Source of the DNA: Squalus acanthias
Lineage: Eukaryota
Reading direction: 5' to 3'
Assembly (NCBI GenBank): GCA_030390025.1
Contig: CM059447.1
Location: 45,818,001 to 45,882,000 of the forward strand
Length of the DNA: 64,000 nucleotides
Position numbers and translations under genes: made by a program. Shown in pieces: positions 26,325 to 39,310 of the stretch. The notes beneath the pieces are model-generated. The model saw only the letters and a program-made list of their open reading frames with translations. It had not been told where the DNA came from and made no database searches. The number at the start of each line of letters is the position of its first letter. The first letter of the stretch is position 1.

Positions 26325-27005
26325 TGCAGCACTCCCTCAGTACTGCCCCTCCGACAATGCAGCACTCCCTCAGTACTGCCCATCCGACAGTGCGGCGCTC
26401 CCTCAGTACTGCCCCTCCGACAGTGCGGCGCTCCCTCAGTACTGCCCCTCCGACAGTGCGGCGCTCCCTCAGTACTGCCCCTCCGACAGTGCGGCGCTCC
26501 CTCAGTACTGCCCCTCCGACAGTGCGGCGCTCCCTCAGTACTGCCCTCCGACAGTGCGGCGCTCCCTCAGTACTGCCCCTCCGAAAGCGCGGAGCTCCCT
26601 CAGTACCGCCCCTCCGACAGCGCGGTGCTCCCTCAGTACCGCTCCTCCGACAGCGCAGCGCTCCCTCAGTACTGCCCTCCGACAGTGCGGAGCTCCCTCA
26701 GTACTGCCCCTCCGACAATGCGGCGCTCCCTCAGTACTGCTCGATCCCTCAGTACTGCCCCTCCGACAGTGCGGCGCTCCCTCAGTACTGCCCCTCCGAC
26801 AGTGCGGCGCTCCCTCAGTACTGCCCCTCCGACAGTGCATCGATCCCTCAGTACTGCCCCCTCCGACAGTGCGGCACTCCCTCAGTACTGCCCCTCCGAC
26901 AGTGCGGCGCTCCGTCAGTACTGCCCCTCCGACAGTGCGGCACTCCCTCAGTACTGCCCCTCCGACAGTGCGGCGCTCCGTCAGTACTGCCCCTCCGACA
27001 GTGCG
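26325..27005. repeat. 33-bp minisatellite CTCCCTCAGTACTGCCCCTCCGACAGTGCGGCG, ~20 copies, within a Deu-SINE relic
   Basis: Tandem array; unit matches the single-copy SINE segment at ~34578-34610; SINE remnants on both flanks. Confidence 0.95.
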
Positions 27006-28063
27006 GCTAGATTATGCCTTGGAGTGGGGCCCGAACCAGCAAGCTTCTGACTGTGAGGCGTGAGATCAATTAACTGTCAGACAACGAGCTTTTTCTTGTA
27101 CCCTGTCCAACAGTATGAGGTGTTACAGATTTATGAATTACGGAAGCAACTTAAATGGACATTAATCTTAAGAGTTGAGAGTAAAAGTGGTGGTACGCAC
27201 AATAGAAGGTACCAAGGTTCTTGGAGGCAGCTTTAGTGTGAGTTTCACTTGAAATTGGAAGAGACCAGCCAATATCAACAGATGAAGGATTTGGAGTAAG
27301 GACATTAATGGAAAGACTCTCAGCTGTTGGTTGGTCTTGCAAGAGACATGTAAAAGCTTTTTGAATGAGCACCTGAAAACCAGATTGCTATGCCGGTGGA
27401 AGAGTCTCCCATGCAGGGACTCAACCACGTAACTGAGAAGAAAATAAAAATATTATGCCCCAAGGGTATGCAAACTGTAGGAAGTTGATGAATAATGAGG
27501 GATGCACTTGGATGGTTAGAGGAAGGTCACTGGGGCTGAGATAGAACCCCTGAGATAATGAAAGAAGTTCAAGGATGAACCAGTAGCTGCAGCACAAATC
27601 GAGGAGCGGGTAGTCCCAGAGTGGCCTGAATTAAATCCAAAGAGACATTATCTTTCATTGAGTAATGGGTCCCTGGATAGAAGTCAGTAAGAGATCTGTG
27701 GGCCAGAGCATCCTTCCTTACCTTCTAAAGCATCTGTGTGGGATGAGAAAATTACCAAAATAGACCAAATAAGCTTCTATTTAAAAAAACACATGGATTT
27801 ACTTTCCCTGTATTGCCAGACAGGAAGAACTGTTCCTTAGAGATTCTCTGTGTTTCCGTGAAATCTGGGCAACATTTTGACTGAAGACTTGATGTCAGTG
27901 GCTTGTAGCCGCTGTGCTCTCCTGGTGATCTGGTTCGCACTCTCTCTAGTCCTGTAATGTTGGTAGCTTGTACTTGCTGTCCTGCTGATGCCAATGGTTT
28001 GCACTTTCTATGGTCTTATGATGCCTTGCATTTTCTTTCCCTGCAATGCCGGTGGCTTCGCTC

Positions 28064-28345
28064 ATAGAAACATAGAAACATAGAATCTAGGAGCAGGAGT
28101 AGGCCATTCGGCCCGTCGAGCCTGCTCCGCCATTCAATACGATCATGGCTGATCATCCAAATCCAGTACCCTGTCCCTGCTTTAATCCCCACAGTACACA
28201 TATCCCACCCTACCCCCGTAACCCCACGTATTTAATTCCCCCTAACATATCCCATCCTATCCCCATAACCCCACATATTTAATCCCCCCTAACACTAAGG
28301 GTCAATTTATCATAGCCAAATCAACCTAACCCACACATTTTTGGG
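28064..28345 (-). mobile_element. CR1 3' tail plus V-SINE/HE1-like fragment
   Basis: (ATAGAAAC)n tail with GGCCATTCGGCCC stem; CACTAAGGGTCAATTTA..GCCAA..ACCTAACC V-domain-like motif. Confidence 0.55.
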
Positions 28346-28415
28346 CTGCCCCCGACTGGTGATTCACATTTATGCTGTCATAGTAATGATGGGAGATTGA
28401 ACTTAGTGTCCCAGA

Positions 28416-28765
28416 AGTTTGCGGGCCCCGGGCCCTGGCGGTTTGCGGGCCCCTGGCGGTTTGCGGGCCCCTGGCGGTTTGCGGGCCCCTGGCGGTTTGC
28501 GGGCCCCGGGCCCCTGGCGGTTTGCGGGCCCCTGGCGGTTTGCGGGCCCCGGGCCCCTGGCGGTTTGCGGGCCCCGGGCGGTTTGCGGGCCCCGGGCCCC
28601 TGGCGGTTTGCGGGCCCCGGGCCCCTGGCGGTTTGCGGGCCCCGGGCCCCTGGCGGTTTGCGGGCCCCGGGCCCCTGGCGGTTTGCGGGCCCCGGGCGGT
28701 TTGCGGTTTCCGGGCCCCGGGCGGTTTGCGGGCCCCGGGCGGTTTGCGGGCCCCGGGCGGTTTGC
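28416..28765. repeat. GC/CpG-rich minisatellite, 18-bp unit GGCGGTTTGCGGGCCCCT with longer variants
   Basis: Direct tandem array. Confidence 0.95.
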
Positions 28766-28997
28766 ACTCTTTGTCCTGTCAGGATGTGCAGGGTTTATTT
28801 GCCCCCATGTGTTTTCTTTTGTTCATTTTTCATTAACTTTTTGATGAAATATTTTCAGGCCAGAGTCATCCATTGTGCTGCCTGAGATTTGCTGACTGTA
28901 GCAGTGCCTTGGTCTGGTGGAGGCATGTAGTGCATGTCCGATAGTGCTAACGGGAGCGAGGCAGTGCCTGAGGAAAGGAAACTCATCCACAATGGCA

Positions 28998-29930
28998 ACT
29001 CTGTATCTAACCCGTGCTGTACCTGCCCTGGGAGTGTTTGATTGGTCAGTGTAGAGGGAGCTTTACTCTGTATCTAACCCCGTGCTGTACCTGCCCTGGG
29101 AGTGTTTGATGGGACAGTGTAGAGGGAGCTTTACTCTGTATCTAACCCGTGCTGTACCTGCCCTGGGAGTGTTTGATGGGACTGTGTAGAGGGAGCTTTA
29201 CTCTGTATCTAACCCGTGCTGTACCTGCCCTGCCCTGGGAGTGTTTGATGGGACAGTGTAGAGGGAGCTTTACTCTGTATCTAACCCGTGCTGTACCTGC
29301 CCTGGGAGTGTTTGATGGGACAGTGTCGAGGGAGCTTTACTCTGTAACTAACCCGTGCTGTACCTGCCCTGGGAGTGTTTGATGGGACAGTGTAGAGGGA
29401 GCTTTACTCTGTATCTAACGCGTGCTGTACCTGCCCTGGGAGTGTTTGATGGGACTGTGTAGAGGGAGCTTTACTCTGTATCTAACCCGTGCTGTACCTG
29501 CCCTGGGAGTGTTTGATGGGACTGTGTAGAGGGAGCTTTACTCTGTATCTACCCCGTGCTGTACCTGCCCTGGGAGTGTTTGATGGGACAGTGTAGAGGG
29601 AGCTTTACTCTGTATCTAACCCGTGCTGTACCTGCCCTGGGAGTGTTTGATGGGACAGTGTAGAGGGAGCTTTACTCTGTATCTAACCCGTGCTGTACCT
29701 GCCCTGGGAGTGTTTGATGGGACAGTGTAGAGGGAGCTTTACTCTGTATCTAACCCGTGCTGTACCTGCCCTGGGAGTGTTTGATGGGACAGTGTAGAGG
29801 GAGCTTTACTCTGTATCTAACCCGTGCTGTACCTGCCCTGGGAGTGTTTGATGGGACAGTGTAGAGGGAGCTTTACTCTGTATCTAACCCGTGCTGTACC
29901 TGCCCTGGGAGTGTTTGATGGGACAGTTTA
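28998..29930. repeat. 67-bp tandem repeat, ~14 copies
   Basis: ACTCTGTATCTAACCCGTGCTGTACCTGCCCTGGGAGTGTTTGATGGGACAGTGTAGAGGGAGCTTT; period 67 (29581 vs 29648). Confidence 0.95.
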
Positions 29931-30009
29931 GAAGGTGGGAGGTGAAGGAGTGGAGTGGAAGAGTGATGTCGCTGGGGGTGAAGGAGTAATTTTAACACTC
30001 TGAATGTTA

Positions 30010-30630
30010 CCATCCGTTTTAATACCACCTCATTTTTATCCTATCCAATTTCTCTACACCCTCCTTTACTGCTACATTGACAGCATCCCCTTTTATAGTG
30101 AAGACCAATGCAAGGTATTCATTTAGTACCTCAGCCATGCCCTCTTCCTCCACAAGAAGATCTCCTTTTTGGTCCCTAATCAGCCCCACCCTTCCTTTGA
30201 CTATACGTTTATAAAAGACTTTAGTGTTCCCTTTTATGTTACCTGATCTTTTCTCATCCTCTCTTAACCCCTCTTATTCCCTTTTTCAGTTCTCCTCTGT
30301 ACTTTCTGTATTCAGCTTGGTTCTCCACTGTATTATGAACCTGGCATTTATCATAAGCCTCCTTTTCCTGTTTCATTTTAATCACAATTACTTTAGTCAT
30401 CCAGGAGCTCTATCCTTGAACACTCTTCCTTTCCCCTCATAGGAATGTGCTTAGTCTATACCTGAACTATCTCCTCCTTGAAGGCCTCCCATTGCTCATT
30501 TACCTGCCAATCTTTGATTCCAATCCACCTGGGCCAGATCTCTTTTCAACTCACTGAAATTAGCCCTCTTCCAATCGAGTGTCTTCACTTTGATTATTCC
30601 TCGTCCTTTTCCATAACTACGCTAAACCAA
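30010..30630 (-). mobile_element. Internal CR1 fragment
   Basis: Revcomp resembles the CR1 EN-RT linker (GAGGGCATGGCTGAGGTACTAAATGAATAC). Confidence 0.7.
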
Positions 30631-30969
30631 GGTTTTTCTAAAAAAAAAATCGAAGTGCGCTAGTTATTTGGATGCTGGTGAACAGAGCTTGCTCACCTGA
30701 GCAGAGCACGAACACCTGCCATGCGCTGCTTGTCTTGCTTTTTCCCCAGTGTTTGGCACAAGCGACCGTTCCGTTCTGCACCTGGACCTACCATCTGGCA
30801 CCAAGAGAAACCATTATCTGCCCTGCACTTGGTGTTCTGGTTAAATCCAGCCAGCAGGCCCCTTGGTGGCTGGCTTAGTGGGCAAAGTTGCCACCTGATG
30901 TGGCACTGAGCCAGGAAGATGCGTGTCTGTGTGTGAGTTAAGGACAGGATCATGCTCGGCTGTAGTAAC

Positions 30970-31052
30970 AACAGAAAATGTTGGAGATACGCAGCAGATC
31001 AGGCAGCATCTGTGGAGAGAGAACCAGTTAACGTTTCGGGTCAATGACCTTT
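30970..31052 (-). mobile_element. Penelope tail fragment with truncated hammerhead
   Basis: CAGGCAGCATCTGTGGAGAGAGAACCAGTTAACGTTTCGGGTCAATGACCTTT; CTGATGA box missing. Confidence 0.65.
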
Positions 31053-31705
31053 GCTTAACTGTGATGCCCCCATGGTCAAATATCCTGTTGAACTTGAATA
31101 TGATGAAGGCCAGCTGGGGGATGTATCGAAGTGCACCTGTCCCTTTGGGGACATACTGCAGCTTCAGGAGAGCAGGAAATAAAATTAGAAAAAAATCCAA
31201 AACTGCAGGCGTAATAATTAAATATAATAACTTGTGTAGAATTCATAACTTTTGTTGGTTAAGTAATCTGCAGCCAGTGCAATCGATCTTCCATTTCACT
31301 TGTAACTCTCTTAGGGGGAAAAAAAAGCAGATTACATTTCTGGCCATCTATTAATTTTTAAAGTTACTCTGAAGATATCCTATTTTGTGTACTTGCTCAT
31401 CTCATTACTGGAGTTAAATCCCATCCCATCCAGAGTCTTTGATGCAAATGGAATTTTCTTTTGACTGAGAAACTGTTAAGTGTGTGTGGCATTTGTCCTA
31501 CAAGTGGCAGGGTGTGCTGGCTCTCTGCCACTCTTACAAATGACTTACAGTTTTAGATAATGAGTGAAAAATGCCTTTGAGTTCCTTTGAAGATTAGAGC
31601 TATAAATCATTTTGCTAACTATGCTTACACAGTGCCATGACCCACTTCTGCAAGAGGCCGTGCGAGTGCAAGGTGTGAGCTTCATGTCTGGGAGGGCTGG
31701 CCCGC

Positions 31706-31920
31706 GGAGCATTCAGATCCTGTGATCCAGGGAAAACACGGAGCATTCAGATCCTGTGATCCAGGGAAAACACAGAGCATTCAGATCCTGTGATCCAGGG
31801 AAAACACGGAGCATTCAGATCCTGTGATCCAGGGAAAACACGGAGCATTCAGATCCTGTGATCCAGGGAAAACACGGAGCATTCAGATCCTGTGATCCAG
31901 GGAAAACACGGAGCATTCAG
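31706..31920. repeat. 34-bp tandem repeat GGAGCATTCAGATCCTGTGATCCAGGGAAAACAC, ~6 copies
   Basis: Near-perfect tandem array. Confidence 0.95.
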
Positions 31921-32147
31921 TACAGTGTTGGGTGACGAGCTTGAAGGAATGAACCTCCACAACTTCTAATTGAAAAGGGGGTTTTGGAAGGTGTCTCCAG
32001 CGCAGAGGTTTCTCGTGACTTGGGATTCACTCCAGCCCAGACTGTTGAGTGGAGTTCTCTCCTCTCTGTCAACTGGAAAGGATACTGCATAAAACCTCTC
32101 TGTGCAGCATCAATCTGATACCCAAGGGCTAGTGTTCACCAAGCGAA

Positions 32148-33788
32148 ACAACAATTTGCACTTATATAGTGCCCTTAGCATAGTAAAACATCCCACGGTG
32201 CTTCACAGGAGCACAATCAGACAAAATTGACACCAAGCCAAAGGAGACATTCGGACAGGCTCTTGGTCAAAGAAGTCGTCTTAAAGGAGGAGAGGCGGAG
32301 AGGTTTAGAGGGGGAATTTCAGAGCTTAAGGCCTAGACGGTTGAAGGCGCGGCTGTCAGTGGTGGTGCGAAGGAAGTACAGGATGCACAAGAGGCGTGAG
32401 TTGGAAAAAAGGAGAGTTCTAGGAGGGTTGTAGGGTTTCGAGATGGGGATAGCAGAGCTTTGGATGAGCTGAAGTTTATTGAGGGTGGAAGATGGGAGGC
32501 CAGCCAGGAGAGCATTTGGCATGAGGTAACAAAAGCATGAATGAGGGTTTCAGCAGCAGATGGTCTGAGGCAGGGGCGGAGATGGGCGATGTTATGAAGG
32601 TGGAAGTAGGCGGTCTTCGTGATGGAGAGGATATGTGGTGGGAAGCTCAGCTCGGTCAAATAGGACGCCCAGATTGTAAACAGTCTCGTTCAGCCTGAGA
32701 CAGTGGCCAGGTAGGGGGATGGAATCGGTGGCTAGTGAACAGTTTTTCCAAATCAGTCTTCCCAGTGTTTAATTGTAGATAATTTCAGCTCATCCAGGAC
32801 TAGATGCCAGACAAGCAGTCTGACAACACTGAGGCAGTGGAGGGGTTGAGAGAGGTGGTGGTGAGGTAGAGCTGGGTGTGCTCAGCGTACATGTGGAATC
32901 TACATCGTGTCATAGGATGATGTCGCCGAGGGCCAGCATGTAGATGAGAAATCGGAGGGGGCCAAGGATCGATCCTTGGGGGACTCCAGAGTTAACGGTG
33001 TGGGAGCAGGAAAAGAAGCCGTTGCAGGAGATTCTCTGGCTATGACTGGATAGATAAGAATGGAACCAGGCGAGTGCAGTTCCTCCCCGCTGGACGATGG
33101 AGGAGAGGCGTTGGAGGAGGATGGAGTGGTCAACCGTGTCAAAGGCTGCAGACAGGTCGAGAAGGGTGGGGAGGGATAGTTTACCACAGTCATAGGATGC
33201 CGTTTGCAACTTTGATGAGGGCCGTTTCAGTGCTGAGGTTCAAACATGGAGTTGCAGGAAAGATCGGCACGGATTTGGGAGGCAACAACATGTTCAAGGA
33301 CTTTGGAGAGGAAAGGGAGGTTGGAGATGAGGCGATAGTTTGCAAGGATGTTTTTTTTGAGGAGGGGTTGATGCCGGCAGATTTGACGGAGGGGGACAGT
33401 ACCTGAGGAGAGGGAACTGTTAACAATATCAGCTAGTATGAGGGCCAGAAAGAGAACTTGGGTGGTCAGCAGTTTAGTGGGAATAGGGTCGAGGGAGCAT
33501 GGACGAGATGAGCTTGGAGCAGGCATATGGGGAGATGGGAGAGAAACTAGAGAAAGATGCGAGTTCAGGGCTAGGGCAGAGAGGAATGTTGGAAGCTTGG
33601 CTTGGTGGGCTAGAGGAAGGGAGGGAAGCAGCAGAAACCGCTAGACAGATGGTCTCAATCTCAGTGACAAAGAAGTCCTTGAGCTCCTCGCACTTGTTGG
33701 AGGTGAGGGTGGAGGGGGCAGTGGAGAGGGGTTTAAGGAGACTGTTGGTAGTGGAGAAAAGAACCTGGGGGTTATCTTTGCATTCAAG
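32148..33788 (-). mobile_element. L2 LINE
   Basis: CSLDPIPTKLL, NYRLISNLPFLSKVLE, LLDLSAAFDTVDH, GVPQGSILGP. Confidence 0.9.
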
Positions 33789-34266
33789 GATAGGAACATC
33801 GGAACAGCTTATTCCCCCATTCAGTTAGATCATGGCTGGTCTGTACTTCAACCCCATTTGCCCACCTTTGATCCATGTTCCTTGATGCCCTTACCCAACA
33901 ATATCTGTCGATCTCGGTCTTGAAGGTTTCATGCGGCCCAGGATGATCCTGGAGTAGTGAGCAGTTTTTGGCAGTGGAAAGCTGCCATAATCTATCATCA
34001 GAGGTCAAGTTATGGAAGGCTAGATGTTGATGTGGGGATATGTAAATGCAATACACTGGATGACAGTTTGAGTTTTTTCAGTGAGGAGTATTGGGCAGTC
34101 AGTGTAATCTGAGCTATGAGGGCTTGGTGGGTGTCCAACATTGGAAATCTATTCATTCTTTTCTTTCTTCAGCATTGAGCTGCCTTATGGGTTTTTATGA
34201 AGGTGCAGAGAACAGCTCCCTTTACACAGTCAACCCCAACACTAATATTCCACCAAATTATAAGGG

Positions 34267-34710
34267 AAAACTTGCATTTGTATATCTTTCATGTTGTCAG
34301 GACGTCCCAAAGTACTTCTCAGCCAATGAAGTACTTTTTGAAGTGCAGTCACTGTTCGAATATAGGAAATGCGGCAACCAATTTGTGCATGGCAAGATCC
34401 CACAAACAGCAATGAGATAAATGACCAGATAATGTATTTTGATTGTGTCTGAGGGATAAATATATTGATCAGGACACCGAGAGGAACTCTGCTGCTCTTC
34501 TTCGAATAGCGCCCTGGGATCTGTTGCATTTACCTTAGCAGACAAACTCGGTTTAATGGCTTAAATGAAAAATGGCACCTCCGACAGTGCAGCACTTCCT
34601 CAGTACTGCACTGAAGTGTCAGCCTGGATTATGGGCTCAAGACCTGTTGTGCAACCTGAACCGACAACCTTCTTGCCCAAAGGCGAGAGTGCTACCCACT
34701 GCGCCACTAA
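34267..34710 (-). mobile_element. tRNA-derived Deu-SINE (SacSINE1-like)
   Basis: Minus-strand head AGTGGCGCAGTGGGTAGCAC (A box) ... GGTTCAGG (B-box-like); Deu-domain-like core; L2-like tail. Confidence 0.75.
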
Positions 34711-34750
34711 GAATCTTCCCCTTTACACTTATTTCCCCCCAATTTTTCTG

Positions 34751-35005
34751 ATCCCTCTGGTTACAGTGTCCTGGGATCGGATCCCTCTGGTTACAGTGTC
34801 CTGGGATCGGATCCCTCTGGTTCCAGTGTCCTGGGATCGGATCCCTCGGGTTCCAGTGTCCTGGGATCGGATCCCTCGGGTTCCAGTGTCCTGGGATCGG
34901 ATCCCTCGGGTTCCAGTGTCCTGGGATCGGATCCCTCGGGTTCCAGTGTCCTGGGATCGGATCCCTCGGGTTCCAGTGTCCTGGGATCGGATCCCTCGGG
35001 TTACA
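34751..35005. repeat. 30-bp tandem repeat ATCCCTCGGGTTCCAGTGTCCTGGGATCGG, ~8.5 copies, abutting a CR1 RT fragment
   Basis: Tandem array; the adjacent minus strand reads MFVDDTKLG...LQEDID. Confidence 0.92.
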
Positions 35006-35877
35006 TCTGCCATGTGTCCGCCCATTTCCGGTCTGTCTATGTCCTCTTGAAGTCTGTTACTCTCCTCCTTATTGTTTACTACATTTCCGAGCTTTGTATC
35101 ATCCACAAACATTGAAATTGCACCCTGTATACCCAAGCCTAGGCCATTGATTGATACATATCAAAAAGAGCAGTGGTCCTAACACCGACCCCTGGGAAAC
35201 ACCACTGTATACCTCACTCCAGTCTGAAAAACAACCCTTCACCACTACTCCTCTGCTTTCTGTCCTTTAGCCAATTTTGTATCCACGCTGCCATTGGCTT
35301 TACTTTTGCTAACTGCATAAACTAGAAGGCATAAATTTAAGATCGTCAAACGAAAGGTTAGGAAAATGGTTTTTGATCAGAGGACATGGCATTCCCGATC
35401 AGAAACAGTTGGAGCAGCAGAAACCAGAATAGCTTTTGAGTGGTGGATAAATATTTTGAAAAATAAAAATTTGAAGGAGTATATGGAAAAGCAGGGACTG
35501 GGACTCTTTCAGCGAGCCAGCGTGGGCACGATGGGCCGAATGGCCTCATTCTGTACGGTAAAATTCCATGAAAAGCAAAGCTACAAATGCTGGTAATAAA
35601 CAGGTCAGGCAGCATCAGAGTTTGGTTAGTGCCCATTCATCAGTCCTGTGTGTATGACTGGCTGCTTTCACCCTGACTGACCAACTTCCTTATTCTGCTT
35701 GACTGTAGCAGGCCATTCTCCAAAGAGAATGCCATCACAGAGTGGGGATTGAATCGGAGACCCTGCTGCTCTGTGGCTGAGCTCCACAGTGGACAAGCTC
35801 ACTGGGCCATCAGGGAATCACGCCAGATGCTTACAAATGTGTCCTATTCCCTGGAATGTGTTTGTTGCTGGTAAGAG

Positions 35878-36115
35878 GGTATGGTAGTGCAGTGGTTATG
35901 TTACTGGACCAGTAATCCAGAGAATGAGAGTTAAAATCTCACCATTGCAGTTTGAGAATTTAAATTCAGTTTTAAAAAAACCAATGGAAATAAAATCTGG
36001 TGTCATGAAGATGTTGGATTATCATAAAACCCAACCGGTTCACTAATGACCTTTAGTAATCTACTGTCCTTACCTGGTCTGGCCTGTATGCGACTCCATG
36101 CCATGGATGACTCTT
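35878..36115 (+). mobile_element. tRNA-derived SINE
   Basis: TGGTAGTGCAGTGG A box, degenerate B box GAGTTAAAATC, SINE-like body. Confidence 0.55.
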
Positions 36116-36904
36116 AACTCGCTCCCCCAAAAGGCTGTGGATGCTGGGGGACAATTGGAGCTTTCCAGACGGAGATCGATAGATTTTTGTTAGGCAAGCA
36201 AGGGTTATGGGGTACCTGCTGAACATGGGTGTGGATTGGAGTCCTGGGACTGATGGCGCTGCTTCTAGGAGAATGTGTCTGAGACCTCGAGTGACATGCT
36301 CTCTGATTTTGTCCTCTTTCCCCCCAATGTGCGGGGAGCGTCTCATTCAAGATATTTGCAAAATTTGTGAAAGGAAGTGAGTGGAGCGATGCACTGAGCA
36401 AAGGACAGCGACCATCGGAATTCAGAATGTACAATAGATTCCAATTTGGTGGTGGTTCTTCATCTGTGCTGGAAGTTGCTGAACGTGAGGGACCTGTACC
36501 CTCGAGCTGCTGTGTGCTCCAAACCTCCAGCTTCAACACTATTGCCCAAAGGGAGAAGCAGCCATCGGCATCGCTTCATAGGAGGGGAGGGAAGGAGGTC
36601 CCACCACAAAATCCCACATCTTTTGGTGGGGGCAGGAGGTAGAAGACAGAAATAAATTAGCATAGGACCATAGGAATTGTTAGATGAGAAAACCCAGGTC
36701 CATCTAGTTCGCCTTCTACCATCCTGGTTGTCGTACGATACAATAATAAGAGTTGTTGACTAATCATAACAGCTGCTGTAGAGAGCAAGTAGTTCACATC
36801 TCGATCAGTTTGATGTGAGTTTGGGTTTGATCAGCATCAGCTTGGATCCAGACCGACTGCCGATTTCCATGTCATTAATGAAGGAATGAGGATGTAGATT
36901 ACCA

Positions 36905-39310
36905 AACATTATCATTAAACCTGCTGACAAGGGTGGCGCTGTTGTTATCTGGCGAACAGATCTCTACCTTGTGGAGGCTGAATGGCAACTCTCTGACACC
37001 TCCTTCTACCTCCCCCTGGACCATGACCCCACCACCGAACATCAAGCCATCATTTCCCAAGCTATCACTGACCTCATCTCCTCTGGAGATCTTCCCTCCA
37101 CGACCTCCAACCTCATAGTCCCCGCACTTCTACCTCCTTCCCAAGATCCACAAACAGGACTGCCCTGGTAGACCCATCGTTTCAGCCTGTTCTTGCCCCA
37201 CAGAACTAATTTCTTCCTATCTTGACTCTCTTTCTCCCCTTGTCCAGTCTCTTCCCACCTACATCCGCAACTCTTTCGACGCCCTCAGTCATTTTAACAG
37301 TTTCCAGTTTCTTGGCCCTAACCGTGTCCTTTTCACCATGGGCATCCAATCCCTCTACACCTCCATCCCCACCAGGACGGCCTGAGGGCACTTCGCTTCT
37401 TTCTTGAAAGGTGGCCCAACCACCACCACCACCCTCCGCCTGGCTAAACTTGTTCTTACATTGAACTACTTCTCCTTTGACTCCACTCACTTCCTCCAAA
37501 TAAAAGGTGTTGCTATAGGAACCCGTATGGAACCTAGCTATGCCTGCCTTTTCGTGGGATACGTGGGACATTTTGTTCCAGTCCTACTCAGGCCCCCTTC
37601 CCCACCTCTTTTTCCGGTACATTGATGACTGTATTGGTGCAGCTTCCTGCTCTCGCCCCAAACTGGAAAATTTCATCAACTTTGCTTCCAATTTCCACCC
37701 TTCCCTCGCCTTCTCCAGTCCATCTCCGACTCTTCCCTTCCCTTCCTCGACTTTTCTATCTTCATTTCTGGGATAGGCTGTTGACCAATATCTACTATAA
37801 GCCCACTGACTCCCACAGCTACCTGGACTACACCTCCTCCCACCCTGCTTCCTGTAAGGATTCTATTCCATTCTCCCATTTTCTCTGTCTCCTCCGCATC
37901 TGTTCTGACGATGCCACCTTCTACACCAAATGCGTCCGATATGTCTTCCTTTTTTCCTCAACCGATGATCCCTGATCCCCCCCCCCCCCCCCACCACCAC
38001 CATGGTTGACAGGGCCCTCGAAAGTGTCCGTCCCATTTCCTGCCCTTCTGCTCTCACCTCTTCTCCTCCCTCCCAGAACCACGACAGGGTTCCCCTTGTC
38101 CTCGCCTTCCACCCCACCAGCCTCCGCATTCAACGGATAATCCTGCGCCACCTCCAGCGTGAACCCACCACCAAACACATCTTCCCCTCCCCTCCCCTTT
38201 CAGCATTCCGAAGAGACCACTCCCTCCGCAACACCCTGATCCACTCCTCAATCACCCCCAACAGTCCCTCCCCGTCCCATGGCACCTTCCTGTGCAAGTG
38301 CAGGAGATGCAACACTTGCCCTTTTGCCTCCTTCCTTCCTACCGTCCAGGGCCCCAAACACTCCTTCCAGGTGAAACAGCGATTTACTTGTACTACTTTC
38401 AATTTAATATACTGTATTCGCTGCTCACAATATGGTCTCCTATACCAAACTGGACACCAAACGCAGATTTGGGTGACTGCTTTGCAGACACCTCCGATTA
38501 GTCCGCAAGCATGACCCTGAGCTCCCAGTCGCTCCACTCCCACTCAGACCTCTCTGTTTTTGGCCTCCTACAATGTTCTAATGAAACTCGAGGAACAGCA
38601 CCTCATCTTTCCATTAGGCACTTTACAGCCTTCCAGACTCAACATCGAGTTCAACAATTTCAGACCATAACCACGGCTCCCATTTTTCTAGACAGCAGTT
38701 GCTGGTAATGATGCTGCTGTTACCATTTACACCTCCTCTGGGCCCATCTTTTGTTTCTTTACTTGTCTCATTGCCGCCCCCTTTACGTTGCACCATCATC
38801 CCATCAAAAAATATGATCCACTTCACTTTTGCCATTTAATAAGAAATCAAATAGGGAATTCAGAAGAAACTTCTTTACCCAGAGAGTGGTGAGAATGTGG
38901 AACTCGCTACCACAGGGAGTGGTCGAGGCGAATAGTATAGATGCATTTAAGGGGAAGCTGGATAAACATGAGGGAGAAGGGAATAGAGGGTTATGCTGAC
39001 AGAGTTAGATGAGGAAAGACGGGAGGAGGCTCGAGTGGAGCATAAACGCCGGCATGGACTGGTTGGGCCAAATGTGTTTCTGTGCTGTATATTCTATGTA
39101 ATTTAATTTCTAATGCCTTCCACCTTATCACAGACCTTCCCTTTTGTTCTTTCCTCTCCTTCCCCCCTTTCCCTGCCTCTGGAGTTGTTTAAAAACCTGT
39201 TGCATCTCTGACGTTTGCCAGTTCTGATGAAAAGTCATCAACCTGAAGCATTTATTTCTCTCCAGAGGCTGCCTGACCTGCTGAGTATTCCCAGCATTTT
39301 CTGCCTTTAT
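36905..39310 (+). mobile_element. Penelope-like element (RT + GIY-YIG, Cys-rich linker), decayed; CR1 tail inserted at ~38840-39100
   Basis: IKPADKGGAVVIW, PKIHK..GRPIVS, QSLYTSIP, GVAIGTRM, RYIDD, YYKPTDSHSYL, CKCRRCNTC, NLIYCIRCS; tail with degenerate CTGATGA...GAA. Confidence 0.9.

Noticed and set aside
28378-28885. Collagen- or antifreeze-like Gly/Pro/Ala ORFs
   Set aside because: Overlapping frames of an 18-bp GC-rich minisatellite; no splice or domain support
26325-31920. CRISPR-like appearance of the 33, 34 and 67-bp arrays
   Set aside because: Head-to-tail units with no unique spacers, no cas genes, and vertebrate context
34640-34710. tRNA gene (also at 35878-35950)
   Set aside because: Degenerate B box and continuity with SINE bodies; these are SINE heads
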